Counted from the stretch's first letter, positions 48,181 through 62,072 are shown. The stretch: 64,000 bases of DNA from Malacoraja senta (GCA_038087875.1 CM075990.1:4032001-4096000), one strand, 5' to 3'. Notes: generated from the letters alone by a model not told the origin. Numbers and translations: made by a program.

Positions 48181-51100
48181 TTACCCAAATGCACCATTTT
48201 TCAATTTTACCAAGCCAATTAGCCTACAAACCTGTACGTCTTTGGAGTGTGGGAGGAAACCGGAGCACGTGGAGAACACCCACAGGTCACAGGGAGAACA
48301 TACAGACAATCACAATCAATCACAATAATACCTTATCAGCCAAGTATGTTTCGCAACATACAAGGAATTTCATTTGCCAAGTCAGTCATATAAATAAAAA
48401 GTAACGGAACAAACAAAACACATTTTAACATAAACATCCACCAGTGACTCCTCCACATTCCTTTCTGTGATGGAAGGCAAAAAAAAAGTTCAATCTCTTC
48501 CCTTTGCTCTCCCGCAGTCGGGGGCCTCGAGCCCTCCGTTGACGGGATGATCTTGACTCCGTAGCCGGCGTCCGGCCCTCCGCGTTGAGGCGATCAGCTC
48601 CTGCATCGGGGGGATGTCAGCTCCCCGCGCCGGACGATCGAACCTCGCATCGGGGATGGTCGAACATTGGAGCTCCCGACATCCACGACCTCTCGAGACT
48701 GCGAGCTCCCGATGTAAAGACCGCAGGCTGCAGTTGGAGCGATCCCAGGCAAGGGATCGACCCCAATGGAAGTCCGCGCCCTGCGGTGAGGCCCAAGGTC
48801 AGTCCGAGGTGGCCTCCAGCTCCATCGATGGTAGGCAGCAGAGCGACCGGAGAATGCGATCCGAAAATTAATCGCATCTCCGGCAAGGTATGAAACTGAA
48901 AAAAAAGTTTCCCCCACACGAAACAAACCGGAGAACATTTACACAAACTTAACACACACTAAAAAATTTAAAAAGACGAAAAACTGACTGTTGGCGGTGC
49001 TGCCAATCGTACGGCGCCCCTGGAGCACCCGTAGTCAGGATCGAACACGGGTCTAAGGCAGCTACTCTACCACTGAGTCACCATGCTGCCCTAGGAGTAA
49101 AAATTATCATGAGCAAAAGCTCAGTGGATCGCATTCATGGTTCCAGAGGTTGAGGGCACATCCCAATCCAGACAAGAGTATGACATCCAGTCAGATACAT
49201 TGGGCTTGCACTGGGGAAATGTCACTTTGGCATCTTGGCATGTTAACCTGGGGTGCCAGCGGCTCTCAGCTGAATTACACCCCATACTAAAGAACAACAG
49301 CAAATCAAGCTCAATTCCTAAGAAGAATGCAAAAATAAGAATTGAAAATAAGATACTGGAAACTTGAAACAAGAACAGAAAATGCTGGAAATATTCACAG
49401 AACAGGCAGTAACTGTGGAATGAAAATGAGAGTTAACAATTCTGGTTGAGGATGCTTCTCAGAACTGAGAAAAAGGAAAATAAATGTGGGTTTGAAGTTA
49501 TAGAAGGGAAGTGGTGGGAAGGATGGGCAGTTAATGAATGAATGAATGAATACTTTATTGTCATTATAACATGTAAACATGTACAACGAAATTAGAAATG
49601 CCAACCAGTCAGTGCACCATTCACACATTTTCTTAGAGCAAAAGTCTAAGATAAACAACTAAAATAAATAACATGAAAAAAAACACATTCTTCTGTCGAT
49701 TTCACAGTCCCTTTGGTGTGTAGCACACCTGTACTCATTTGGTGGATACATTAAGTGTATTTATTGCTGTGGGATAAAAACTGTTTTTGAGTCTGTTTGT
49801 CCTTGTCCTCATTGATCTGTACCGTCTGCCTGACTACAGCAGTTCAAACAGGGAGGAAAATGTCCTTTATGATCCTGGGATTTTTTGAGACAGTGGGAAC
49901 TGTGTAGGTCCTCCAAGGTGAGGAGAGGGCAGCCGATAATCTTCTGGGCGTTGTCAATAGCCCTCTGGAGCGCTTTCCTCTTAGCCACTGTGCAGCTGGT
50001 GTACCACACGCATACACAGTATGTTAAGTGAATAATTGTGAGATGTTGGAGCCAGAAATGTTGCAGGAATGGGTTGTTAATTTAGCAATTGCCCCCCCCC
50101 CCCCAACACATTCTTAGTCACGTGTGTGACAAAAATATGAAAAATTGTGGAATACATCTCTTCTAATTGTGAAAGCATTGCTTTTTGTACTGCATATATG
50201 ATCCATATTTTTTTCAAAATTTATCAAGTGAAATGTTTGTTATGCTGACGTTTGTTTAGGGTCAGAGGTCAAACATGACTGGTCACGTGTGTGACCACAG
50301 CCCGAAGCTTTTTTTTCCATAACTCCGTTTTATCGTACAAACTGTGAATTTCAAAAGCTAGAATGTTCATATCTTTAGCAGACACGTATTATAGTTCTGT
50401 AGGTAGGAAAACAGCAATGAATAAGATTAATCGCTTACGAGAATCTTTTAAAATGCATTACTTTATGTGATGCCGTCTGGCCACGTGTGTGACATGTTGG
50501 GCTCACTTTCCAAAGAATAGCCCAATTAGACAGTGGAGTGTGATAGGTTGCAAATAGCAGGTCTGGGTGTGCTCAAGGCAAATGTAAGCCGACAATACAC
50601 AGATGACATGCACCAAAAATGACCATCAGTGTGATAGTGTTATAATGAAGGGAGGGACAGCACCTCATCTGCTGTCTGGGCACATTAGAGCTTCCCAAAC
50701 TCGGTACTGAATTTTTCAACTTCCAGTAACTCGCTCTGCCTAGATCAGAGCTGGTCATACGTAGGAAGGAACTGCAGATGCTGGATTATACCGAAGGTAG
50801 ACACAAAATGCTGGAGTAACTCAGTGGGTCAGGCAGCATCTCTGGAGAAAATTAGGTGACGTTTCAGGTCGAGAGTCTAAAGAATGGTCTCAACCAAAAA
50901 CATCACCTATTTCTTTTCTCCAGAGATTCATCCTGACCCGCTGAGTTACTCCAGCATTTTGTGCCTATCTTCAGAACTGGTCATGTTTAGTGCAAGTCAC
51001 CCGTCTCTGAAATTGATTCAGTATTTAGCCGTCGCCATTTGCAAACTCTAACCAGTTATTTACAACTCGGCACATTTCTTTGTTGCTCTCCAGTCCAACA

Positions 51101-53311
51101 GTAACCTGGTCTCAACCTTTCACAGATATTCCCCCTGTCCAATCCACCCCCACCATCCTCTCCCCCATACCTTCTCTGCATCTTAAATTAACTTTAAAAA
51201 AAATGTCTTTCAAGTTCTGGCAAAGGATCGTCAACTGAAACGTTAACTGATGGTCAAGAGAGAGAGAGAGAGAGACAAGAGACATTTATTGTCACATGCA
51301 CCAATTGGTACAGTGAAATTTGGGGTCACCATACAGCCATATGAATAAAAAGAGAAGAACAGAACACGATAGTCTTTAACATAAACATCCCCCACACAGC
51401 GGAATCCAAGTTTCCCACTGTGAGGGAAGGCCCAAAGTTCAGTCATCCTCCTCTTTGATGCTCCTTGATGTTCACCCGTGGTCGAGGCCTCCCGAAGCCC
51501 CCCGCAGTCGCTGCTACGGACGGCCCGATGTTCAGGCCCTCTCGCCGGGAAGATGGAACTCCGACGTCGGAACGGGAGAACATCCTCAGCGACTTGGACA
51601 TCCGAATCGGCCACTTCCTACCGTCTTTCCACAGATGCGGGTTGATGCACAGTGGGACAGCGCTGCAGTTGCTGCCCTGCAGCACCAAATTCCTGGGTTA
51701 GTTCATGATTACGAGTGCTGTCTGTATGGAGTTTGCACATTCTCCCTGTGACCGCGTGAGTACTCCGGTTTCCTCCCAGATTCCACAGACAGAGGTTTCT
51801 GCAAATTGTCCCTAGTGTATGTAGGATAGTGCGAGTGGACGGGGTGATTGTTGGTCGTCATGGACTCGGTGGGCCGAGTGGCCTGTTTCCACGCTGTGAC
51901 TGTAAAGTATAGTATAAATCTGCAGGGTGTTCCCAGCCTTTTCTGTTTCAGTGTAAAAAATGGGAGTTTTTTTCCTGGCGAGTTATCCTTCAACTTGCAT
52001 TGCTAAACATGTCTTTTACTGTTACCCAAGGGAACATATTGAGCATAAGCCGATTCCTGGCTTTCCCACGTTGCAGCTGTGATATTTCAATTGTACTCCA
52101 CTGGCTGTGAAGCACTTGGAAATTCTGATATTGTAAAAGGCATTAATCAAATTCATGGCTTGTATTCTTTAAAGTATCTCAGCTATCAATAGAAACTAGA
52201 GCTCCTATAAATAAGGTGCTACTTAATCGTTTGAAGGATTAGTGTCTACAACGTGGCTCCAAAGTGTCGTTGAATACACAAAACTAAAAAGTGGACATGC
52301 TTTGAATCACTATTATTTGTAACTGCTACACTGTGGTTTGTTTTAATGTCAAATATTCCCGAGAGAATTTAAAAATGTAAAAGAAATGCAATGCAGATTC
52401 AAATAGTCAATTAAAAAAATCTGAAAATGCCAGTGATATTCTATGGGCAAGTGCAGATTTTGAATGACTTTTCCTTCAATTTGGAAAAGACTATTCTGTT
52501 AAAAAAAAAAAGCAGGTATTTTCTGAAAATTCATAGTGGTACGATGTAAAGGGCAATAATTCAACAATTTAAATTTGAATACAAAAAAGTCACTTGGATA
52601 GAAATGTTTAACAGAGAAAACCAGTTAATTAAGTTTGACCTTTGTACGGAATATACATTTAATGATTATTTTTCTTTGCCCCAGACAGCTTGTTTGCTTC
52701 TATTCTCTTGGAGGGCAAAAGGACTGAAAGACAGGCAAAAATGAGGTTACAAAGCGAGTAGGAAGGAACTGCAGATGCTGGTTTAAACTGAAGATAGATA
52801 CAAATGCTAGAGTGACTCAGCGGGACAGGCAGCATCTCTGGGGAGAAGGAATGGGTGTTGTTACGGGTCGAGACCCTTGTTCAGACTGATCCCTCGTTTA
52901 AATCACTTGTTTAACTGGGCCAGATATCCTTGTAGGGCAGCAAGCACAAAAAGTTGTTGTGAGTTAGGATATAATTTTGGATAAACTGTTGTTTACATGC
53001 CATAGAAAACATTTTATTGGGATGCATCACAGCACGGTTTGGGAACAGCTCCATCCAGGACAGAAAGAGATTGCAGAGAATTGCGAACGCAGCCCAGACC
53101 ATCACACAAACCAACCTTCCTTCCATTTACTCCATCCACACCTCACGCTGCCTCAGCAAGGCCACAAGCATAATCAAGGACCAGTCGCACCCTGGCCACT
53201 CCCTCTTCTCCCCTCTCCCATCAGGCAAGAGGTATAGAAGTTTGAAAACACACACCTCTAGATTCAGAGACATTGTTTCCAGCTGTTATCAGGAAACTGA
53301 ACCATTCCATC

Positions 53312-53701
53312 CAAAGATCCTATAGCGAGCAAGATAGTCCACTCGACGAAAAAGACGTAGTACGGTCATGGGCAGATTCATGGGTAATTTTCGGCCCCAT
53401 GTCTGTAACCTGCTTCCGTCTCCGCACCAAAGATCCCATAGGATACTAGTGCGGAGACAGAAGCCAGTTACGGAAACATCCTCGTAAAAATTAAAATTCT
53501 TTGGTAAAAATCTTCTCCTCATTTTCAGAATTATAATTTATTAACACAAACTGTTCCCCCACAACGTTGATTACACTGCGAGTTGAGTTGGGTTGGGTTA
53601 CTGAAATGGATGAAAAAAAGGCCCACGTTCCGTTCCGTACTACACGTCAGCCCATTGCATTTAGAAGGAGTGGTCTATCTTGCTCCGCTATAGGATCTTT
53701 G
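53312..53701. mobile_element. hAT-like MITE (390 bp) with 8-bp TSD, nested in a Rex-like LINE tail
   Basis: ~33-bp TIRs caaagatcctatagcg.agcaagatag.ccactc; TSD attccatc (53304-53311) / attctatc (53702-53709). Confidence 0.85.
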
Positions 53702-54564
53702 ATTCTATCAACAACCTGAGATACAATCTACCTCATTGAAGACCCTTGCACTATCTTTAATCGGATTTTACTGGACTTTATCTTGCACTAAACGTTATTC
53801 CCTTTATCCTGTATCTGTGCACTGTGGATGGCTCGATTGTAATCATGAATTGTCTTTCCGCTGACTGGTTAGCAACACAAACTTTTCCCTGAACCTCAGT
53901 ACATGTGACAATAAACTAAACTTTGCAGAAGTTGGGTGGCAGTTCAGGAGAGCCAGAACAATAAGCCCCCAGAAGAACGGGCGAGGGTTTCACCAGTGCA
54001 TGCAGGAGTTGGCACAGGTAATACAATGGAGATGGAAATGGATGGGTTTTCATGATGGTGACTCACTCAACAGGTTCAGGTAAGATGGCAAAGTTGCAAA
54101 TATTTGTTTTCAACCTAAGATAGTGGATACAGTGGCAGAAATTACTGATCGCAAGATTTGTAGTGAAAGTTGAAGACAAAATCCTGGTCTGTTTGTGACA
54201 GGGTGGCTGGATTGCAAAAGATTCAGCAACACTGATGACGGGGTGGGGAAGGTTGTATCTAGCATGGTTCTATGACTATAACAAATAGGCAAAGCCATTT
54301 ATTTGGTCAGCCCAGTTAAAAACTGCAAGGTTGGGAAGGACAACGGCGATGGTGATAATCATCAATAAGTATATTTCAGCATTGTGAAATGGATTCAAAT
54401 ACAGAGTTGTTGATTTGGAAGACAGCCAAAACATGTGCAGCTAGTAGAGCTGCTGAACCGTAGCTCTGGAGATCCATGTTCACTCCTGACCTCTGGTGAT
54501 GTTTGGGTAGAGTTTACAGAGCCTTCCAGTGACCGCATGGGTTTCCCCATAGAGGCTCCAGTGT

Positions 54565-54835
54565 AACGGGTAGGCCATTTAGAACGGAGATGAGGAAAAA
54601 CTTTTTCACACAGAGAGTTGTGAATCTGTGGAATTCTCTGCCTCAGAAGGCAGTGGAGGCCAATTCTCTGGATGCTTTCAAGAGAGAGTTAGATAGAGCT
54701 CTTAAAGATAGCGGAGTCAAGGGATATGGGGAGAATGCAGGAACGGGGTACTGATTGTGGATGATCAGCCATGATCACAGTGAATGGCGGTGTGGGCTCG
54801 AAGGGCCGAATGGCCTACTCCTGCACCTATTGTCT
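54565..54835 (+). mobile_element. CR1 3' tail fragment (family also at 28786-29283+, 44135-44345+, 62925-63280-)
   Basis: gagagttgtgaatctgtggaattctctgcctcagaagg...ggccgaatggcctactcctgcacctattgtcta. Confidence 0.88.
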
Positions 54836-57800
54836 AAGTTATATTGTCCAGTGTCCTCCCACAGAGACAGGTTGGCAGCTGTACTTGTTTCCACTGTATA
54901 GGATCTTGGAGGAGATGATGTGGAAGTGGGGAGAATAAGATGGGATTAGTGGAATTTTAGAGTGAATAGGTGCTTCACGATCCACACTTAATTACTGGAC
55001 CAATGAGATGGACAAAGAGACAACATTTCTAATTCCCCGTGCCCCACCTGGAGTCGCACCTACCTCTTCGCTCCCCTTCCACCTGCATTCCTTCCTCTGG
55101 CTTCACAGTTCGCAATTCTTCAATCCTTTTGTCTTACCTCTTGTCTTTTCATCTCTGGCCTTCATCCAACCATTTACATATCGAAATTGCACTCCCCTGT
55201 ATCCACCTATTCCTTGCCCCTCCTCTCTTCCAGTTCCCTTGCCCACCACAATCAGCCAGAAGGTTCCCAACTCAAAGCATCACCTGTCCATGCTCTCCAG
55301 AGATGCTGCCTGACCTGCTGAGTTACTCCAGCATTATGTCTTTTTTGAAAACCAGCACCTGCAGTTCTTTGTTTCACCATTCCTAATGTCACCCATTTCA
55401 TTTGCAATGGAGTTGATGGAGGTGGAACCCAGACAAGAAAGGTTCGGAAGCCCCACAGGAGAGACAATGGAGAAGGATTTAGGGGGCGGGAGGAAAGTGG
55501 GAGAACAATCGATTTTGTGACAAAGCAAGGGCCAATTAGTCCATCACGTCTGCACTATCTGGGAAAAAGTTATTCAATGCTTGACAGGCAAGGTTGGAAT
55601 TAATTCAGGTTCGATCCTGACTACAGGTGCTGTCTGTACGGAGTTAGTACGTTCTCCCTGCGACCAGTTAGGTTTTCCCCAGGTCCTCCAATATCCCCCC
55701 CAGACGTACATGTTGGTAGGTTAATTGGCTTCGGTACAATTTGTAAATTGTCCCTAGTGTGAAGGATAGTGCCAGTGAGGGGGTGATCACTGGTCGGCAC
55801 GGACTCGGTTGACTGAAGGACCTGTTTCCGTGCTGTATCTCTAAAGTCTAATGAAAAAGGATGAAACAATCCCAAACTTACTGAAGTAGAAATTGACAAG
55901 CTCATTCCATAGTAGCAAAGGATCAGTTGAAGGGGGATTTAAGAAATCCGTTGTGGCAGAGAAAATAATATGGCTGCTTATTCTCGATTTCAGGACGATC
56001 CTGGCATTGTATACTTCTTTGGCGGAAAAGGAAAAATGAAAAAGCTAATTTGTGTTTAAGTAGACCTGCAGGAGAATAGTTGAACCAGTGGTATAGCTTA
56101 AACACAAGATTAGCTGAAGCAGTATTACAGCTGGTGAATGCAAATCCTTGCCCGTGGAACTCTGGGGCAAAGTTCAGTACAATACGAGGCAGATGTAGTG
56201 GTCAGAGACTGCAGGAGAACAAGGTAAATGCTTGGAACCACTTGGCAGGTGGAGCAGTGGCGCAGCGGTAGAGTTGCTGCCTCACAGCGCAAGAGACCCG
56301 GATTCAATCCTGCTGTCTGTACAGTTTGTACGTTCTCCTGGTGACCTGCGAGGGTTCTCTCCGAGATCTTCCGTTTCCTCCCACACTCCAAAGACATACA
56401 GGTTTGCAAGTTAATTGGCTTGGTATAAATGTAAATTGGTTCAAGTATGTGTAGGATAGTGTTAACGTGCGGGGATCGCTGGTCGGTGCGGACTCGGTTG
56501 CCGAAGAGCCTGTATCTCTAAACTAGACCACAGAACAGAAACATATTGTGAAGAAAGGACATGTGCTTGACAATGTCAGTGTCAACGTGAGAACATAGCT
56601 GAGGTGGCTTTACAACCCTGTGAAGTACCCACTATCTGGGAGAATGGAATAAACTGGTAAAGAAGTAGAAACAAGGAACTGCAGAGGGTGATCTGAACTG
56701 CAGACATGGGTCTGGACCCGCAACATCACCTATCCATGTTTTCCAGAGATGCTGCCTGACCCGCTGAGTTACTCCAGCACTTTGCGTCCTTTTGTTTAAA
56801 ATGATAAAGATAAAGAAACTGACATCCTGTGAAAGGGACAGTCTGATAAATTGTTAAACCGTAAACAGACATACTTATATTTAAAGAACCAATGGTTGGG
56901 ATAAATCTAGAATAGTGCCAACAGATATATGATGGGGATAAAAAACATAAACACATGGATATGGACTGGGCTTATGGCATATCATTGGTAAAAAGGAAAT
57001 CTACAATGTCTGTAAGGTTAGCACAGAAATGTATGAAAAATTGTCTTCTGAGATAACAGTGACTCCAGAAACTAACCACTGAAGATCAAGTCAGGAACTC
57101 AGAAGAATTTGCCAAGTCTAACTTTAGCCATGATTATCTAGGGCAGGTAATATCTTAATACAAGTGCTGATCTTTGAAAAAGTTGTGAAAGTAAACCAAA
57201 TTTGTGTAAATGTAAACATTTAAACAAGTGTATGGAATGGACTGGGAGAGGGCAAGAGAAGGTAGACAAAAGTGCTGGAGAAACTCAGCGGGTGCAGCCG
57301 AAACCCTTCTTCAGACTGATGTAGGGTGGGGGCGGAGAGAAGAAAGGAGAAAGGAAGAGGAGGAGCCCGAGGGCTGAGGGAGAGATGAGAAGGGGAGGAG
57401 ACAGCAAGGGCTACCGGAAATTGGAGAAGTCAATGTTTATGCCGCTAGGGTGCAAACTGCCCAAGCGGAATATGAGGTGTTGCTCCTCCAATTTCCGGTG
57501 GTGCTCACTCTGGCCATGGAGGAGGCCCAGGACAGAAAGGTCGGATTCGGAATGGAAGGGGGAGTTGAAATGCTGAGCCACCGGGAGATCAGATTGGTTG
57601 AGCGGAGGTGTTCGGAGGGCAAGAGAATCTAGTCAGCAAATGGTATTTAACTTGGGGCAGAGACATCCAGAGCTTGATATATCCGGCATCAGAGTACGGT
57701 TGGAGATTTTTATTGGGATATGCCAAAGGGGAATGAACAGTTAACAGCATTTGGTTTCCTTGCTTTTCTGAAAATTATCAGTATAACACAAAAAAGATTG

Positions 57801-58657
57801 CACAAAGTGAGAAATATAAACTGCAGATACTGGAATCTTGATCAAAATACAGTAATGGAGGAACTTCGTTAGGTCAAGAAGCATTTGTGGAGGGAATGGG
57901 CAGACGACATTTCAGGCTGGGACCCTTCTTCAAACTGGAGTAGGGGAGAAAGCTGGAAGAGGGGGAGGATGGGGAGTGAATCGGCACATGGATGGAGTAA
58001 GCGTCAAAAGCCAGTGGTGCAAAAGGCAACTTTCCTTTGACATCCTTTTTATCTCGAGCCTTTGTCACTTTATCCACCCACCTGCCAATCAACCACACCC
58101 TCTTTCCTGTAGCCACCTATCACTTACCAGGTTTTGCTCGCTCCACTCTTTTCCAGCTTTCTCCCCCCCCCCCCCCCCTCGGCCTGAAGACGACAAAATA
58201 CCACCCATGTGTTCCCTCCCAATGCAGGCGAACGCGTTTTGCCCAGGCCATCACCGGCTCTGACCTCCCCACCATCGAAGGGATCTATCGTAGTCGCTGC
58301 CTCAAAAAGACAGCCAACATCATCAAAGTCCCACACCACCCTGGCCACACACTCATTTCACCACTGCCATCAGGAAGAAGGTACAGGTGCCTGAAAACTG
58401 TAATGTCCAGGTTCAGGAACAGCTACTTCCCTACAGCCATCAGGCTATTAAACGCTACTACCTCAAATGCCATGAACTACAATTGTTTGTTCTTTTTTTT
58501 TCCTGAGTGTGTTATATTATTTATTATGTTTACATGTTCTGTTGTGCTGCAGCAGGTAAGAATTTCATTGTTCTATCTGGGACATATGACAATAAAACAC
58601 TCTTAACGTGTTTTTGCACCTCATTTGTTTCAATACCTTGTTTTTTGCACAAACTTA

Positions 58658-60845
58658 GGGCCTGTCCCACTTGGCTGTCTTTCGCGCGCCATTTACGCGA
58701 CCTGCTGGCGTGTGGGTAGCGTGGGGACGGGCGCATGGAGTGGTGTGGAGGAGTGTGGACTTTGTCCTGAACTAAATCTTCGCTCGCCACCGGCCTGTCG
58801 CGTAACTGACGGCCAAAGTGGGACAGGCCCAAGACCTTGGCGCGACGCAACGTCTCACCTCCAACAGCAGCAGAAGCAGGCAAACGATCGTCGAACTCAG
58901 CCTGGGGCTAAAGTATTAGGGGGCTTAGCACTCCCTAACTTCATGTATTATTATTGGTCAGTAAATATTAAAAATATGATCCAACTGATGGACAACTCTG
59001 CCCAGCAAGTGGACTGGATTGTAATGGAGAGAGAGGACTGCTCCTCTGGTAATATTGGAGCGATCTTCCTCTCACCAATGAAACTGAATAACATAAATTA
59101 TAACAAAAACCCAATTATACATAGTACAATCAGAACTTGGAAACAAATAAAACAAAATTTAAAATTAAGAAATCTATTGCTTTTATCTCCAATAGTTAAT
59201 AACCCTTCGTTTAATCTCTCTATTACAGACAAATCTTTCACACAATGGGATAGACTAGGAATTAAAACGTTCGGTGACTTGTATGAAACTGGAAAATTAC
59301 TATCATTCCAACAATTACAAATAAAATATAAACTGGGAAATAATCAATATTTTAAATATTTTCAAATATGTGACTATTTGAAAAAATATACAAAAGATCA
59401 TTATAATATCCCAGCAGATGTATTGGATGAAGCAATGCAGATAAAAGCTGAATCAGCAAACTTAATATCATATTTGTATAATATTATCTTAAATGTAGAA
59501 ATACGGAAGGTATTAGAAGAGACTGGGAACAAGAATTAGCTATTAAAATCTCAAAGGAAAGGTGGAATGAACATTTATTAAACGTGCATAAATGTTCGAT
59601 TAATGTAAGACACACTTTAATACAATTTAAAATTTTACATAGATTATATTATTCAAAAACTAAAATTAATAACATTTTCCCCAATGTATCATCCATTTGT
59701 GATAAATGTCAATCTCAAGAAGCTACTATAGCGCACTCATGTTTTTTGTACAAAAATTTTGGATTGAAATTTTTGAAATCTTTACAAAATTATTTAAAAT
59801 AAAACTGATACCAAAAGCAGAATGGATTATCTTTGGAACAACGGAAGATAGTCCTGAACTAAATGTGTTTCAAAAGAAATTAATAGATTACGGGTTAATA
59901 ACGGGAAAAAAGTTAATCCTAAAATTCTGGAAAAACGCTCCAATACCAACTATAAACATGTGGATTTCAAATATGTTTGAAACATTACACCTAGAAGAGA
60001 TAAGACTCCTCCTGGCAGGTAAACCAGATCACTTCCACCTGACGTGCTCTGCATTTATAGAATTATTACAAGTATAGGGTGCAAAAGTACTTTAAAAAAA
60101 CAACCCGAGGTCAGGTAAAGGGGGATGAAAGCTGGAGAGTTGGTATATCCCATTTGCGTGATGCTTATAACAAAGTATTTGTTTTTCTCTTTTTTCCTCT
60201 TTCTCTTTTTTTTTTCTTCTTTAGGGTCTATCTCTTAATCCTTTCTTTTTAATTCTTTTCTACAGGGTCTCTGTTCTTTCTTGTTGTCACGTTTTTACAC
60301 CTTCACTATTTTCCTTCACTTTATCTTTTTTCTTAATCTCAACCTTTCCCTTTTATCAGTGTAAAAAATGATGGAGTACATTAATTGTAATAAGATATAC
60401 GTGATGCGTACTAATGTAATTGGTTGTAATGTAATGTACTTCTAATAAATAAAAAAAAACAAATAAAAAAGAACTCAGCCTGGGGCTCACGGCCGTTGCG
60501 GATCCGGATCCACCCCCACTCCTACTCCCAGAGCGGGGTCAAGAAGATTGAAGATAGGCACAAAATGCAGGAGTAACTCAGCGGGACCGTCAGCATCTCT
60601 AGAGAGAAGCAATGGGTGACGTTTCTTTCAGACTGAAGAAGAGTCTCGACCCGAAACATTGATCCATTGCTTCTCTCCAGAGATGTTGCTGGTCCCGCCG
60701 AGTTACTCCTGCATTTTTGTGTCCATCTTCAAAATGACGTCACGCGCTCCAGACGGCTGTGCGGGCGCATGATGACGCGCGCGACTCTCGCGCGACAGTC
60801 ACTACCAGCCTGTCGCGAAAGTGACGGCCCAAGTGGGAAAGGCCC
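58658..60845. mobile_element. Harbinger-like MITE (TTA TSD) carrying nested L1 and Penelope-derived inserts
   Basis: TIRs gggcctgtcccacttgg / ccaagtgggaaaggccc; TTA at 58655-58657 and 60846-60848. Confidence 0.82.
58910..60470 (+). mobile_element. 5'-truncated L1 (ORF2 C-terminal region with Cys motif, 3'UTR, poly(A)), 17-bp TSD
   Basis: GGLALPNFMYYYW, QFKILHRLY, CDKC..ATIAH; AATAAA plus A-tail; perfect TSD GAACTCAGCCTGGGGCT at 58893-58909 and 60471-60487. Confidence 0.93.
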
Positions 60846-62072
60846 TTAAGAGCTGGATTTGCTTATGATCACAAAACAACTGGCAATAAATAATGAGGGA
60901 GGTTACTGCTAAAGGGCTCACACATATACCTTAAACTCAAAAATTACACTTGCTTCACATTAACTCATCGGCCAGAGTGAAGATTTACATATTCAATGTG
61001 ATCGAGTACCAATTGCTCCACTGTGACAGTACCACCAACCTCAGTTTTAGTTTAGAGATACAGCATGTAAACAGGTCCTTCGGCCCACCAAGTCCACACG
61101 GGTCCTCGGTCACCCATTCACACCAGTTCTATGTTATCCAACTTTCACATCCCACACACTACAGGCAATTAATCGAAGCCAATTAACCCAGAAAACTGCA
61201 TGTCTTTGGAATGTGGGAGGAAGCAGGAGCACCCGGAGGAAACCTACGCGGTCACAGGGAGAACGCGCAAACATGACACAGGCAGCATCCGTAGTCAGGA
61301 TCAAACCCGTGTTTCTGGCGCTGTGAGGCAGCAATTCGACCGCTGCGCCACTGTGTAGCCCGAGTTCACGCATTAGTATTTCAATGAAGCACACCAATTA
61401 ATTGGTCTGCCGACAAAGCAACAATGTTTTCAGCTTTTTTTAATGAAAGGAAACAAGGATCAGCAGATGCTGGTTTGCAGAGAAAGACCAAGTGTTGGGG
61501 TAACTCAGCGAGTTAGGCAGCATCCCTAGAGAACATGGATGGGTGACGTTTATGGTCGGGACCCCTCTTCAGGATCCTGACCCAAAACGTCACCTATCCA
61601 TGTTCTCCAGGGATGCTGCTGTCTGTTTGGAGCTTGCATGTTCTCCTCAATACCCTGTAAGTTTCCTCTGGGTGCTCCAGTTTCGTCCCACATTCCAAAC
61701 ACATGCTACATTGGTCACTATAAATTGTTCCTAGTGTACAGATGAGTGGTAAGATCTGAAGGGAGTTGATAAAAATGTGGGGGAAATAAAAAGGGATTGG
61801 TACAGGATTCGTGGATGGTAAACTTGATGGATGGCACAGATTTGATAGGCTGCTGCATTGCTGTACGACTCTGAAAGCTGAAACAAAATGGGTGTTGAGT
61901 ACCACCCTTAATTAGCCTTCACGAGATCACCAAACTTTGCAAACTAATGACTGCACGCAATAACAAATTTTCATGGTAATCTATTTCTCTGAAACTTTAT
62001 ACCACATCCCATTTAGAAAATGCAAACATCCAGAAGAAAATTTGAACAAACTAAAGGAAAAAATGCTTGTAC

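Noticed and set aside
56255..56315. tRNA-like sequences at SINE heads (also 12770, 16006, 22560)
   Set aside because: They continue into SINE core and tail with no complete cloverleaf; not tRNA genes.
58625..59539. 304-aa ORF as a novel gene
   Set aside because: Chance read-through from MITE sequence into truncated L1 ORF2 across the TSD.
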